DNA of 64,000 nt, from positions 804,841 through 868,840 of the forward strand of contig NMRA01000104.1 in NCBI GenBank assembly GCA_002633005.1. Direction: 5' to 3'. Origin of the DNA: Phoronis australis (lineage: Eukaryota > Animalia > Phoronida). The position numbers were made by a program, and so were the translations under genes. The notes under the pieces were generated by a model that was given only the letters and a program-made list of their open reading frames with translations, was not told the DNA's origin and made no database searches. This document shows, piece after piece, positions 1 to 12,200 of the stretch. How positions within the stretch are numbered: the stretch's first letter is position 1; every line of letters starts with the position of its first letter.

Positions 1-201
1 GATGTGGGCACTGTCTCCTACCATCGTGCCCCAGATGTTTAGTGTGGTAGGTCTTAACATCGACGGCGGACAGTTGTTGGTATTGTAAACCTTTTCGTTG
101 AACGGTTCTCTCATTTCGAAAGTTCCATTGGGCAAGACGAACGTAGCTCTCTCGTAGACATATGGGGCCCAAGTCATATTGATTCGCTTGTAGCCAGAAT
201 C
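1..201 (-). CDS. Exon of giant protein, truncated by window edge
   Basis: atcacag acceptor; open frame DSGYKRINMTWAPYVYERATFVLPNG...TLNIWGTMVGDSAHI to position 1. Confidence 0.75.
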
Positions 202-3200
202 CTGTGATAACGAATGTGTAAATATATACAATGTCAACTTGTTTTGAGCTAAATTGTCAACGTAGCATTTTTGTAGGAATTTATAAAAAACGAGTTTACT
301 CACGAGTACAAGAATGTTACCTCAGTAATTATTCCCAGTGTGTGGTTTGGCGCCACATGAATCTGTCCTGTGTCATCACCCACAATACTAGTAGCCGACA
401 CTTTGGTCGAGTTTCCCATGAACGTCAGCTGAGCACCACCATAAAGTTCAACCATTGAAAACCGGTACTCATAATTGTCAACAGACGGCATGAGATACGC
501 GATCGCTCCTGAAAAATGAGATGTCAACCAGTTAAGACAAATAAGCTTAGCAATACAAGTGAAACCAGAAATATAGGTGTAAAAGTTAAAATATGACGGA
601 TTTCTCAGACAAATCGTTACATTTTGACTCACCTGTAGATATGTAGTTTGCGTAATCCCCGTTGTTGGCGTGTTCGGCAGTTGGTAAGGTGACAACTGGC
701 GCCTGACACTTATTATCTATCCTCAGCTGCTTTACTTCTGGTGACGTGCCGTCGAGGTATGCCATTCCTGGTCCACCTGGCTCAGCGCCTGAACCACCTG
801 ATTTGCCAGAAAAGATCATTTAGATTTGGCGTGAACGTTAACTAAATGGGTTAAAATAACAAATAACAATATTAGAGAAATGGCGTGCAAAGAATGCGTA
901 CCAATATTCTTTTGAGCCTCATAGACATTTCCGGCGTTTTATTGTAAATATTCCCACTGCATTCTTATTTTATCTCTCTTACAGCCAAATTACGCGCTCT
1001 TTTAGCCAATGTGGCATACCTGGAAAGCACAAACTTCAAATCACAATTTCAAGCTAAGATTTAGAGATATTTAGCATTAAAAGAACCAGAATTACCTTTA
1101 GCTATGATGTGATCACTGTGAAACACACTAGTATTGAAGTAAGCGACAACGCGGCCGCCGGCACCTCCACCGCCACTACCACTGGCTGCTCCGCCTGACG
1201 AATCAATATAACCAGATCCAACCAGTCGGTCACAGTGGATGTAGACAGACCCGCCACTGCCACCTCCTGAGTTTGATCCCTACAAACAAAAAGGATTTTT
1301 CTGATTCACACAATTTAATTTACATAAATCGCAAGACATTTTAGTTAGGGAGGGAAATCGTCGTTATCAGCAAAAAACTCAAACTTAATCAGATTTACCT
1401 TGGACCTTCCTCCACTAACTGTTATTCGTCCATTATGTGTCACCGTGTTTCGGATGTAGAGATGTATCAAACCTCCACCTCGACCCCCGAGATAGTTTGA
1501 AGACGCCTGTCCACCTCCGCTACCCCAAGTGCCCGGATCGTAGATGTTTCCGTATGGCATCCACGCGAAAGCATACGGCGACCTGGCACCGCCACGACCA
1601 CCACGTGCTCCGTGGCTGGCTCCCGAGGCACCAGATGGTAGCTTCACACCAGCGCCTATTAACAAAAATGTGCTTTTAAAACAATTTGTTACACAACTTA
1701 CACAATACCTCTGATTAGCTGTCAACGACCAACAAACATACGATGACAACTTTCTCGTCACTTTCCCTCAAATAGCTTTCATAAGAGAAGACAGTGATGA
1801 ATGGTTCAACACATTTGCCAAAGATTATGTCATACAATTCTGAAAGTTTTGGAAATTATAAAATTACTATCTCGTACCTGGACCGTCATCGCTGACGTGG
1901 CCACCTTCTTTGCAATCAATGAGTCCAGATAAACCGACATTCAGTGATCCTGCTTCTACGTAAAGTGATCCAGCTTGAAACGTACCGTTTACGATGACAT
2001 TCCGACTCATATAAATTGTGGAGTTAATGGCCCCTTTTCGTATCACAGCTGGCAATCCCTGATATTCCAAATCAAATGTTCCGAAGATTTCAAGAGAGTA
2101 TCCAATGAACGCTGTTTCTCCAGTCATAGCGGTGTAGGATTGTAATCTGCCATCTATTATAGTTGTATTTACTCTAAATTTGTCCTTTGGTTCAAACTCC
2201 ATATTACCGCCAGTCTCTACTGACCATGTAAGCCATCTCTGACCAACTGAAAGCAAGCCTGCCAACACTCGGCCACTGACTACCAAATGATCAAGGTTAA
2301 AAGAGGATGACCTGTTGCTTGACCATTCACGTTTGCTATGATCAGACATCGAATCGATTTTTGTGTAACCGCCAAGAGTAACCATATTCACTCGGACATT
2401 TGTCTTGCCTTCAAATACAATTTGATGACGGAACTCGACATGAGCAGTGCTCGTTTGGGTATAGTCGTCGACTTTTATGGTCACATTGAGTTGGTCTGTT
2501 TTTGTAGTGCCACCTATGGTTATGTTATTTACTTGAAGGTCCATATCGCCTGTGAAAAACTGGCTATTGTCATCTTGTACCAGATTTCTGGCTAGAATTG
2601 CCGACTGGCCGTTCCAGGGACCATTAGGGTGTTTCGTATTAGCGTCAAACAGTACGTTGCCATTTGAACCAATATGTACCTCCTGCGTGTTGTCTCTTGA
2701 TCGTCCTCTGATGTTTATTGGTAAGTAAGACTTCACAACCCCATCAAAGGATATCGTATCAACATGCAACGTATTAAGCAGATGAAAGGTTAGTGTTGAA
2801 CCAGATATCGTCCTTAACTCTTCAAGTCCCCTTGGCAAGACTAGAGCACCGGCATGGAGAACGCCACCAATTTCAAATCGTACCGCCGTAATAGAAGAGT
2901 TGTTATTGCGTGTTCTTTCGGGTGATCCTCCCTCGGTGTCGAGAAGAAATGTTCCGCGAGGAAGCACACTCAAACTCAAAAGTTCCAGATTGTTATGACC
3001 TCGTAAGCTCACGACATTAAAGATCTCAAGTTGTCCACCAACTACAATCTGGTCACACCGAAACTCTTCGATCTGTGAACAATAACACACATGACTAGCG
3101 AGACAATAAGAACATTATCAGTGCTGTAGTGGTAGAAGTAGAGGTAAGTAGGCGCCCAAAGCCCACCGCACCACCTTGAGGACTGAATGTAACTTACGGT

Positions 3201-6200
3201 GCGTAGACGCGACGTTCAAATGCCAAAAGGTGGTTGGCTGCGCCTACATGCGCCTACGCCCCACTACAGCACTGAACATTATAGTTTCGGAAACATAGAA
3301 CTGAATGATACAGGTTAAGAATAGCCACAGCATAAAAATATACTTACAATGCGTGTTTCCATCAGTCCACCCTCTTTTATTTCTAGTGAGTTCCATCCGC
3401 GGTTTGCATCCACCTTAGGTTTTAGCTGCCCTGTTTTGAATGTTCCTGCCACCACTAACGAATGCACTCCCATGGTTGACACCCCAGTCCAATTACGTGA
3501 AGCTTGCTGTTTGGAATCGAATATAACCGCGCCATTTGATTTGATGTCGAAATTTGTGATGTCATTTCGACTTCGACCAAGCAGTGTTAGTGGCTCGTAT
3601 GACATGAATGATCCTTCGATATCGAGGACATCGATATAAATAGAAGAAAATGGATGAAACGAAAACTTTGAGCTTCGACCCATTTCTAGCTTCTGTAGCC
3701 CTGTGGTAAGATTCAGACCCGCTGCATGAAAAGACCCATGAATGATAAAAATAAAAGAATGAATCTCAGAAGCATACGTTCTGTCTTGCTCGTCCGGACC
3801 ACTGTCCGTATCAAGTGAAACAGAACCACCAGCCAGAACAGTAACGTTCAGGGAAGTTTCGGAAGTAAGACCACGCATCACCACCGTGTTATAAATTTCC
3901 AGTTTTCCTGAAATAACTAACAAATTGCACCACAGCTCATCACCAGCCTCAAATGCAAAAACTCCGTTGGAAGCAACTTCAACGTAGTCCCAGCCAGTTG
4001 TTGGGGTTAATTGAGGTTGCACGAGACCAGCTAGGAACTGGCCACTTATTACGGCAGAGTGGAACCCAAGCACCGAAGAGGCTGACCAGTTATGGGCGTT
4101 TTGCCTTGCTGCGTCTAGTTCAAACGTTCCCGTTCGATTTATCCGTAGAAGCTCCGTTCTCAGTCTCGATTTACCTGAAACAAAAATACACCATTGAAGA
4201 TCAGTATATGGTATTTGTTTTCGCAGGAAAAGAGAAGGTTACAATGGAGAAATACAATTACTTATTCGAAGTCGACGTTGAGCTAGACAACATCTTGGAA
4301 GCATATGGTTTCACAGCAGGTGTTGAGGTAAGTCTTTTATTACAAAAAGATAGGCAAGACGCATGTGCCGTTGGGTTTAATTATTCAAGTAATCAACTTG
4401 TACATGGTCAAATATGTGGTTTTACGTAATGCGCATCATTATCAGAAAATTATACTATTTCAGTTATAGAGAGAAAAAGCTGGAAATACTCCACCTTTCA
4501 GTGTTATGGAGGTATTTATACGCACACCTCCCGCTATGTCCAGTTGGTCCGTGATAAAATCACCGATTATCCCAGCCACCAGCGTTCCTCCGTTGCCCAC
4601 GTAAAACAAGTCTGTTCCATTGCCAACAGAAAGATGGGGAATACTGGTATAGCCGTTAATTGTAACTGTTTTGGCGTTCAAGACTGTCATTCGACTATTG
4701 TTGTTTCGGAGCGTGTTGTCAGTGTTCAGCGACATTTTCCCGGTGTTGCTGATGGTAAATGACACGATTCTTTTATCAGTGAGTCCGTAAAATTGAACTG
4801 AATTGGAGATAGTCACAGTTCCTGCTACATAGAACTCGTCACATGTTAAGTTGCCGACAACTGTTAATTCTAACCTCCCATTGGTCTCGACAGAGAGTCT
4901 ACGAAGCCCAGGCCCAAGGGACAGTTTGTTAGCGGTCATTGTACCCGAAACCCTCAGTGAATCAGTACTAAGAACCGAAACATCTGAAGTGTTGTCGTAG
5001 TTAACATTGAAAACCACTGTTCCTCCAGGTGCCACGCTGAACTCTAACAAACTACTATTGGCTCTGCCTTGGAACTTGATGTCATTCTTCGTTTGAAATA
5101 CGCCAGATACCTCAACTCTGTCAGCAATCAGTATTCCCCCAGCTGTGAATACGAACTCACCATTTGTTCCAATCGTTAAGGCTGCAATACCGTTACCAAA
5201 TGAAAGAGACCCCTTTGGTTTAAATCTGCCGTTAATGGTTACGCTAGTACATTCTAGAATTGTCGGTTCAAAAGAGTGCCAGTTGATAACACCGCCCCTA
5301 TCTATATGTAGGTTATAGCACGTTTGCATAAAATTTAACTCTTTGAACAAGAAAACATCTCCTGCCACAGAGATGGTCGATCCCAATTTTTCTCTGTTAG
5401 TAACAGGGCGAAACTTCACTACGCCAGCACCGCCCACAGTGAAAATAGTGTTGTTGATTGAAAGGTCTTTTGCCGTGAAGACTCCGTTTATTTCGACTGT
5501 TGACGTAGCCAGAACGGTAGTGTTTGTGTCTAGCGTGAGCCTTCCGGTCGCTTCAACAATAAGCGAACCTGAATTTCCACCAACGTTCAAGTTGACATTT
5601 GAAGTCTCGGTTACGCTCATGATGCCTCCGACGGCGACTTTCAGTCTGTTGAAATACAAAGTTTCATTTCCTTTTGATGAAACACTCAACCTTCCGCTCA
5701 CTTCTAACACCGTTTGATGGGATGACTCGATCTCCCCCAAGACGTTCAAATCATTTCTGATAACGTGAGGTGTTGTATCAAACAAAGCCAACTTTCCACC
5801 CTCTTGTATGTAAGCACGAGTATTAATATCACGTAAAAGTCGCAATGTTCCCTCCGCGATCACGTAGAAGGAGGTAGACAAATCTCCGTCGACTTTTGTT
5901 GCAGATAAGTTGCCTCCAATGGATAAATGACCACCTTCCATCAGCCAGATACTGTCCAAGTGGGGCAACGAATCATAAACCGAAGCAACAGCACCTGTAA
6001 ACGAGCACACAATAAGATGTCATAGTTTTGTAACTGCCTTCAGATTTTTTTGCTCTGTGGTGATATAATATAAGATCAACGTAGAGCATTCATAAAATGT
6101 GCCCACGTTGGTACATTGCAAATGGTGTACTAATGGGGCGGTGGTTCTTAATTTCAAGATACGGAATTTAGACATCTCGACTAACTTAGGCACTAGGTGC

Positions 6201-9200
6201 TGTAATACTCAAAACTGAGCAATAGCTGACGATATATTTATACCGCCTAAAACAGCGTTCACATGCCACTTGTAAAAATAAGTCAGACTAATATTCTTTC
6301 TTATCGTCGGACCCCATGTCTGCCTGCAAGTCTGTTCCCTTAGCGTGAGAACTTGAATAAAATGACATGGTTTGTAGTTGGACTCTGTTCGTCAATAGTG
6401 TCGGCGCCTCATTGGCCAGAATCTCAGATTTTTGCTCTCTAATGCTACTCCATTTATTTATAGATGGGACGCCTTTGTGATATCTTGTTTTAAATCCGAT
6501 TAGATATCTTATCTGTGTTCTTATACAAATTACATATCAGAAGGCGGTAAAAATCACGTGAAGTAGTTTTGTTTAAAGCTTTTCAAAGGTTTCAAAATTT
6601 TGTAAGATCAAGAGGTGGAAACTTAAAAATGAATGCCAACAAACTAATCGTAGAGTGGGCGTCGTCTTCTCCAATAAAGGAATGCATTTATTACGCTTCA
6701 TGTAGATCCACAGAGGAATTTGATAAAAAAGTGAGACAAAAATAAAATTGTCACTGTGGAGGCACAGCAGTTGAAGGGTTCGTTAAAATATCAACGTTAA
6801 CCGTGCTCCGACTTTACGATAGAAAACTCGTGCTCAATTGAGAAAACTCCTTTAGGAATTTCGGGACATGCTGGTTCTGCGACGACNTCGTTTCTCTTTA
6901 GCGCATGTTTGACGTTCCAGGTCACTGTAGTGAAGGTTTAGTTCATAGTGCCAAGACAATTATTTGAGATTCGCCCTTCCTAGAGGAAGGCTAACGTTTC
7001 CACCAGACATTAACGAGACTATTCTAGGTATTGAAATACAACTTAACTGCTCAGAAACATGTACATGTAGTTCTCGATAGAGATGTGATCAAGCATTCGT
7101 ACGAACCACTTATTTCCGGCTTGAGCCCATTTTCCTGAGGTATGTTCACTTCTTGGCCCATGTTGGCGATGATGATTCTACCTGTCTGTTCGTCTTGAAC
7201 GTTGTTGAAGTAAATAGTTCCGGGACCGCCACTTTCCCCTGGTGATTACACATCAAGGTGAAAACTTTACATCGTTCATTTTCAGTGCCTGATTAAGGTT
7301 TTTCGAAGCCCCTAAACTATACCATGTCTGGGTACCTCAATATGATTTGAGTTACCAACTTTCGTCACATTCATCCACCCCCATCCCCGGCCAACGGAGA
7401 TCGAGCTCCACCCACGTTCGTAATAATTCTCGAACTGTATCCCCAGCTAACACCATTTTCGAGGTTGTCCTGTGGCTGAGAGACTTGGCCCTAAACTTAG
7501 CTTAGTTAGCCTTAATAGATAACCCGGCACTGTTCATTTCATATGGCATGATATACTTCAATCATTGAGGAAAAATATTCATCAAAGCAACTTCGTCAAA
7601 CTGAAAGAAACATCAAACCTTTCCTTAAAAGTTTCACAAAAGCTGTGGTGCTTTGTGCAATCCAGAAGTGCGTTGCGTACATGGTCATCAGTTGAAAACT
7701 GAATTTTAAGGTTGTATTTCGCCTTGTTTAACTGGCTTAGAGAAGAAAATCGAATTAGGCATTTTACTCTACAAAATCAATCTCGTAAGATTCTTTTCCA
7801 TGATAGGTTTCTACTCCAACTCGAGTCACAAGCGATGCGTGCGCATACGCCATTATCGAATCCTCAACAAAATGTGAAGTGTTTTCTTGAGTCACTCAAG
7901 GCTTCGTCTTTTTAGTTAGTAACGGAAATAGAATCCAACAGAACAGGCACAAACGCTGCTTTGAAATCTTCTAAACATGGGAGACTCTTATTCACGCAAC
8001 ACTGCAGCTGAATATGTTCACTGAATATTTTCTTGAGACTGTTTACAACTAATTAATGAAAATTGCTTGCTACATAATGATATCTAGTTAGCTTGTTCGG
8101 TCCTACCTGTAGTCGAAGGACTGTTCACTGTGCTACCTGAAATGATTGAAAAGGATTCTGTCAACGTTTTCATGTCAACGGTCTAAAACGTCGCAGACTT
8201 AGGTAGACAATTCATAGCTATACTGATCTAGTTCTATAATGTTCTGTAATGCCTATTACATGTTGCTATCACAAACTAGTTCAAAGACAACGTCCGACGT
8301 TTGGTGGTGATCGAGTTCCATATGCGTACCTGGAATATAACCCTTAAACTGCGCCTTCATTGCTACAAAACCGTTATATGCCGTTGGGTAAATTCTCAGT
8401 GCGGTTGCGTGCAATGGGTACGGTAATCTCACGGTTACAACTGTCGAATCGTCCGAGTTTGCCGCGAAGTTCGTTACCGGCAAACTTTTGAGTGCCTGTA
8501 ATATAGACGACAAAATACAAGACACACGAAATATTTCATGGACATTGATTGTTCCCCAGAACTAGAGAAGTGTTTCATTTTCCTTAACACCGGCATATTT
8601 GTTTCTATATGTTGTACTTCGATCGTAACATAAACCAGTGGCCTTATCAACTGAAGTAATTGATTTTGAGTTGTTGGACCACAGTTTGACAAATGCGAAG
8701 CCTAAAATTCAGATCAAACCGAAACCACTCTTTATCTTTGATGTGAAAGCAAGAAGCCCCAAAGCCGCGTGTCCTTGCATTCTTTAACAACAATCGCGGA
8801 GCAGATTTTTCCGGGGACACCGATTAAACGTTTTCGCAATTATTGTTAGAGAATGCAAGGACATGCGACCTTCGCGATTTTTATACCTAGATGAAAGATC
8901 ACGATTCACTTCGATGCATCAGATACAAAAATTTGGTTTAATTTTGATTTTCAGTCACAGTCTCATTCCCCAAACTCGGATCTCGAGCAACTTTAAAAGT
9001 CTAGTTCTATGTGGTTACGTTATTTCTTCCAACTATGCTCATATCGCCTTCTACTTCAGTGCATACCTTAAAGTTTGTCCACTGCCCGCTTGTTGCGTTC
9101 TTATAAACTACATAATAGCGCGTGACATACTGGCGTTGTCCTTGTGCGCCTTTTGTCAGAATAGCGGTGATGTAGTGCGCCCTCTGGAAGGTGACCTCCA

Positions 9201-12200
9201 AGTACTGACCAGAGGCACTTATAGGGCTCCAGTACTGGGACTGTGATGACGTCAGCATGTTGGCGTGACTAGGAGGGTGATACCTGTTGTGTGATGACGC
9301 CCTCAGTGATGAGAGTATCACGTCTACTTCCTGACCTCCTTCGGGACAAACACGAGCTTCGTTAAATTATCAAACACTCAAGAGTATTTTAACATGAACA
9401 CATCTTACGCATCTCGAAACGATAATAAATTCAAAAACATTTTGTAAATACGTTGGCTTGCAACACGAGTCTTGTAAATAATAATGATGCATGATAGTAT
9501 TCGCAGATTTTTTCCTGGGCCTCAGGAACGCTAACTACTTTGATTTGACGAAGGGTTGCATGAAAATATAGCAAGATATGACTTAATCAACAGCTATTAA
9601 AAATAACTTGCCAGTTACTTCGAACCTAGCCTCTTAGGACCTGTCGACAAGAACATTAACTGAGAGATTCCATATCAAAATAAACCCACGCTAATCAAGC
9701 ACCTCTATAGAACTACTGATGAAGCAACATTTCGAGCTTATATCTCGTGTGCCCTCACGATGTGCTCGGTTCAGTTAAAAATAATAGTTTGCTGGGTACC
9801 CAAAACGTTTCTACATCTTAGCGTTTCTTGAGAGAGGCGTTCAGTAGTTTCCTGATATCAGACTGAGTTGATTCAGTCATATTTTTCAAGAGGCTGTAGC
9901 AGATTCCGAAAAGCCGACGTGGTGTGACGATTCAGGTATACGCTTGTCACGCACGCGACCCAAGTTCTACTCTCGACTTTGTCAAGACGTAAACTTTGGG
10001 TCGTTAGAGTAGGAACTTTGTGTATTCCGTGCTTCAGATGACTGTGTAAGTTGATGGTCTGCTCTTGCGGTTGATGTTTACAGGTGTATAAATTAACTAA
10101 TTAGGTAGTGGCAAAACAAAAATAAAAATAAAAGTCTTCCATAGACTATTTGGATAATCTCATCAAATACAGGGGTGAAAACCTTCCATGATCGCAAATG
10201 TAAATTGCAGCTACGATTCCATAAATCTCGGAACCGGACTATCAAACACAAAAATTGCGGTAGAAAATTCGTAAGCTCCAACAACGAAAATACTTCATGC
10301 CCTGGGGCCGCACTCCATATCCAGGCAATGGGTCTGGATGAGGAATCCTTCTCAAGTTTGACTCAAAAAGTGCGAACAGTCCATGACACTTTGAGACAGA
10401 TTGACCACCTATAAATTAACCAAATGGCCATCTAGAGGTAATTCGCAATTTCGGAACACGAAAGTGCCGCAACAAACGTACAACGCTAAATTGGAGATAC
10501 CAACATGTCTACCATGTTCTGCTTGGAGACTGAGACACGAGCATCAAAAGCGATCGAAAAAAGTTTTAACGGGCACTTATAATATTTAATTCTGAGCAAC
10601 TATATCCGAAATAAGCCGTTTTTTCAAAGACCACTGCTTACTCAAGTATTTCGCATACGCCTGAGTTTCACTTATAGACACAGGTGCACATCCCTTGCTG
10701 TGAACACGCATTTTCCTCGACAAAATCACAGAATTCTTTACCGGTACTAAACATCTTTACGAGCGCATTTCCTAGATTCATAAGGCGTTCTGTTGGGGTC
10801 ACTTGTGAAGTTGCACACATAACAGTAACGTTCAGTGACTAACTTTTTCAAAATTTAAGTGTATACAAGACGTCATCGTTCGCAAGATTGTTCACGAGCC
10901 AAGCAGCTAAGCATTAAAAATACATAGGGTGCGCCCATGTACGGATCTTCACTTTCAAGCATGGTTTTACTCGTATTCGCGTTTAACCCCATGCGCCTAA
11001 TTCCGGATATAGGTGCTGCTTCCAAAATCGGCGCTTGAAGCTAAATACAGTAGGGTATATATAAGTGATACTGTGCAGATATTTCCCTGGATTCAACGAC
11101 TTTCTAGATTTCGAGTAAAGAGCAAGCTTCTAATTGTAATTTATATTTTCACGTCATCCCTTTTTAGCACAGACACTTACCCTCTGAGATAGGAACATTT
11201 CCATATTATGTCCCGACAAGCTGAACAAGAGTAACGCGTAGCGTTGAAATGCACCCACAAATGCATTGCAAATGGTGTGCTTTTACGGTTACTTATTTGT
11301 ATCATAAAAATGGCCACTAGATGGCGCAAACTCACACAATCCATTCAAAAACAGGAACATGCCATATTTCATAAAAATCTGTCAAGGAACTACAGAGAAA
11401 CAAAGGAAAGCAGAATAAAATGAAATTGCCATTAGTGGGCACAGTGTTCATTGGATCCTCCTGAAAGTCGTCGTCGTCTATTGTTATCTTCATATAAATA
11501 CACTTACTAAATTTAGTAAAGATTCTGCAGTGGGTTTAGGAGATGCAACTATGGGCGCAAAACAAAACTACCACGAGGAGGCGCCACAGTAGTCAGTCAC
11601 CATCATCAAAGGTCATCTTCACACTGAGAACATATATGCCAATTTTCAAATCATTTGGTTGATACATGGGTGGACACCAAAAACAAGACTTGAAACAGCA
11701 AAAAATGGCTACTAGGTGGTGCAAAATACCTCGATTCCATCCAAAAACAGAAAGATAGCATCATCACACCAACAGATGCCTATATCTAAAATTTTATGAA
11801 AATCTGTTGAGGACCTTTGAAGATACTGAGATAAACGTAAAAAAATTAAAATTGCCAATAGGGAGCACAGCAGTAGTAAGATCTGTCCGAAAGTGGTCGT
11901 CATCCGTAGTCAACATCATACAAATACACTTGCTAAATTAAGTAAAGATCCTGCGAACGGTTTAGGAGATACGGCCATAGGCGCAACAAAAACAAAACTG
12001 CCACTAGGAGGCGCCACAGTAGTCAACAGTCCTCTTTATAGTAAGCACATACATGCCAATTTTCACAATCATCTTTTGAGCGGTTTGGTTGATAGAGGGG
12101 TGGACGCAAAAAAACAGACTCGAAAACAGCAAAAATGGCCACTAGGTGGCGCAAACTACGTCGAATCCATCCGAAAACGGAAGGATAGCGTCATCTAACT

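Noticed and set aside
2338-5717. Plus-strand ORFs overlapping the large exons (e.g. 3953..4429, 5343..5717)
   Set aside because: Antisense shadows of the real minus-strand coding sequence, with no domain features
6887-6887. Single N in an intron of the giant gene
   Set aside because: Assembly gap or ambiguity, not biology; flanking exons remain phase-compatible, though a missing exon cannot be excluded
11181-11220. Possible small exon of the giant gene with a GTAAGT donor
   Set aside because: 40 nt is not frame-preserving, and the apparent acceptor abuts the start of the Helentron-type element
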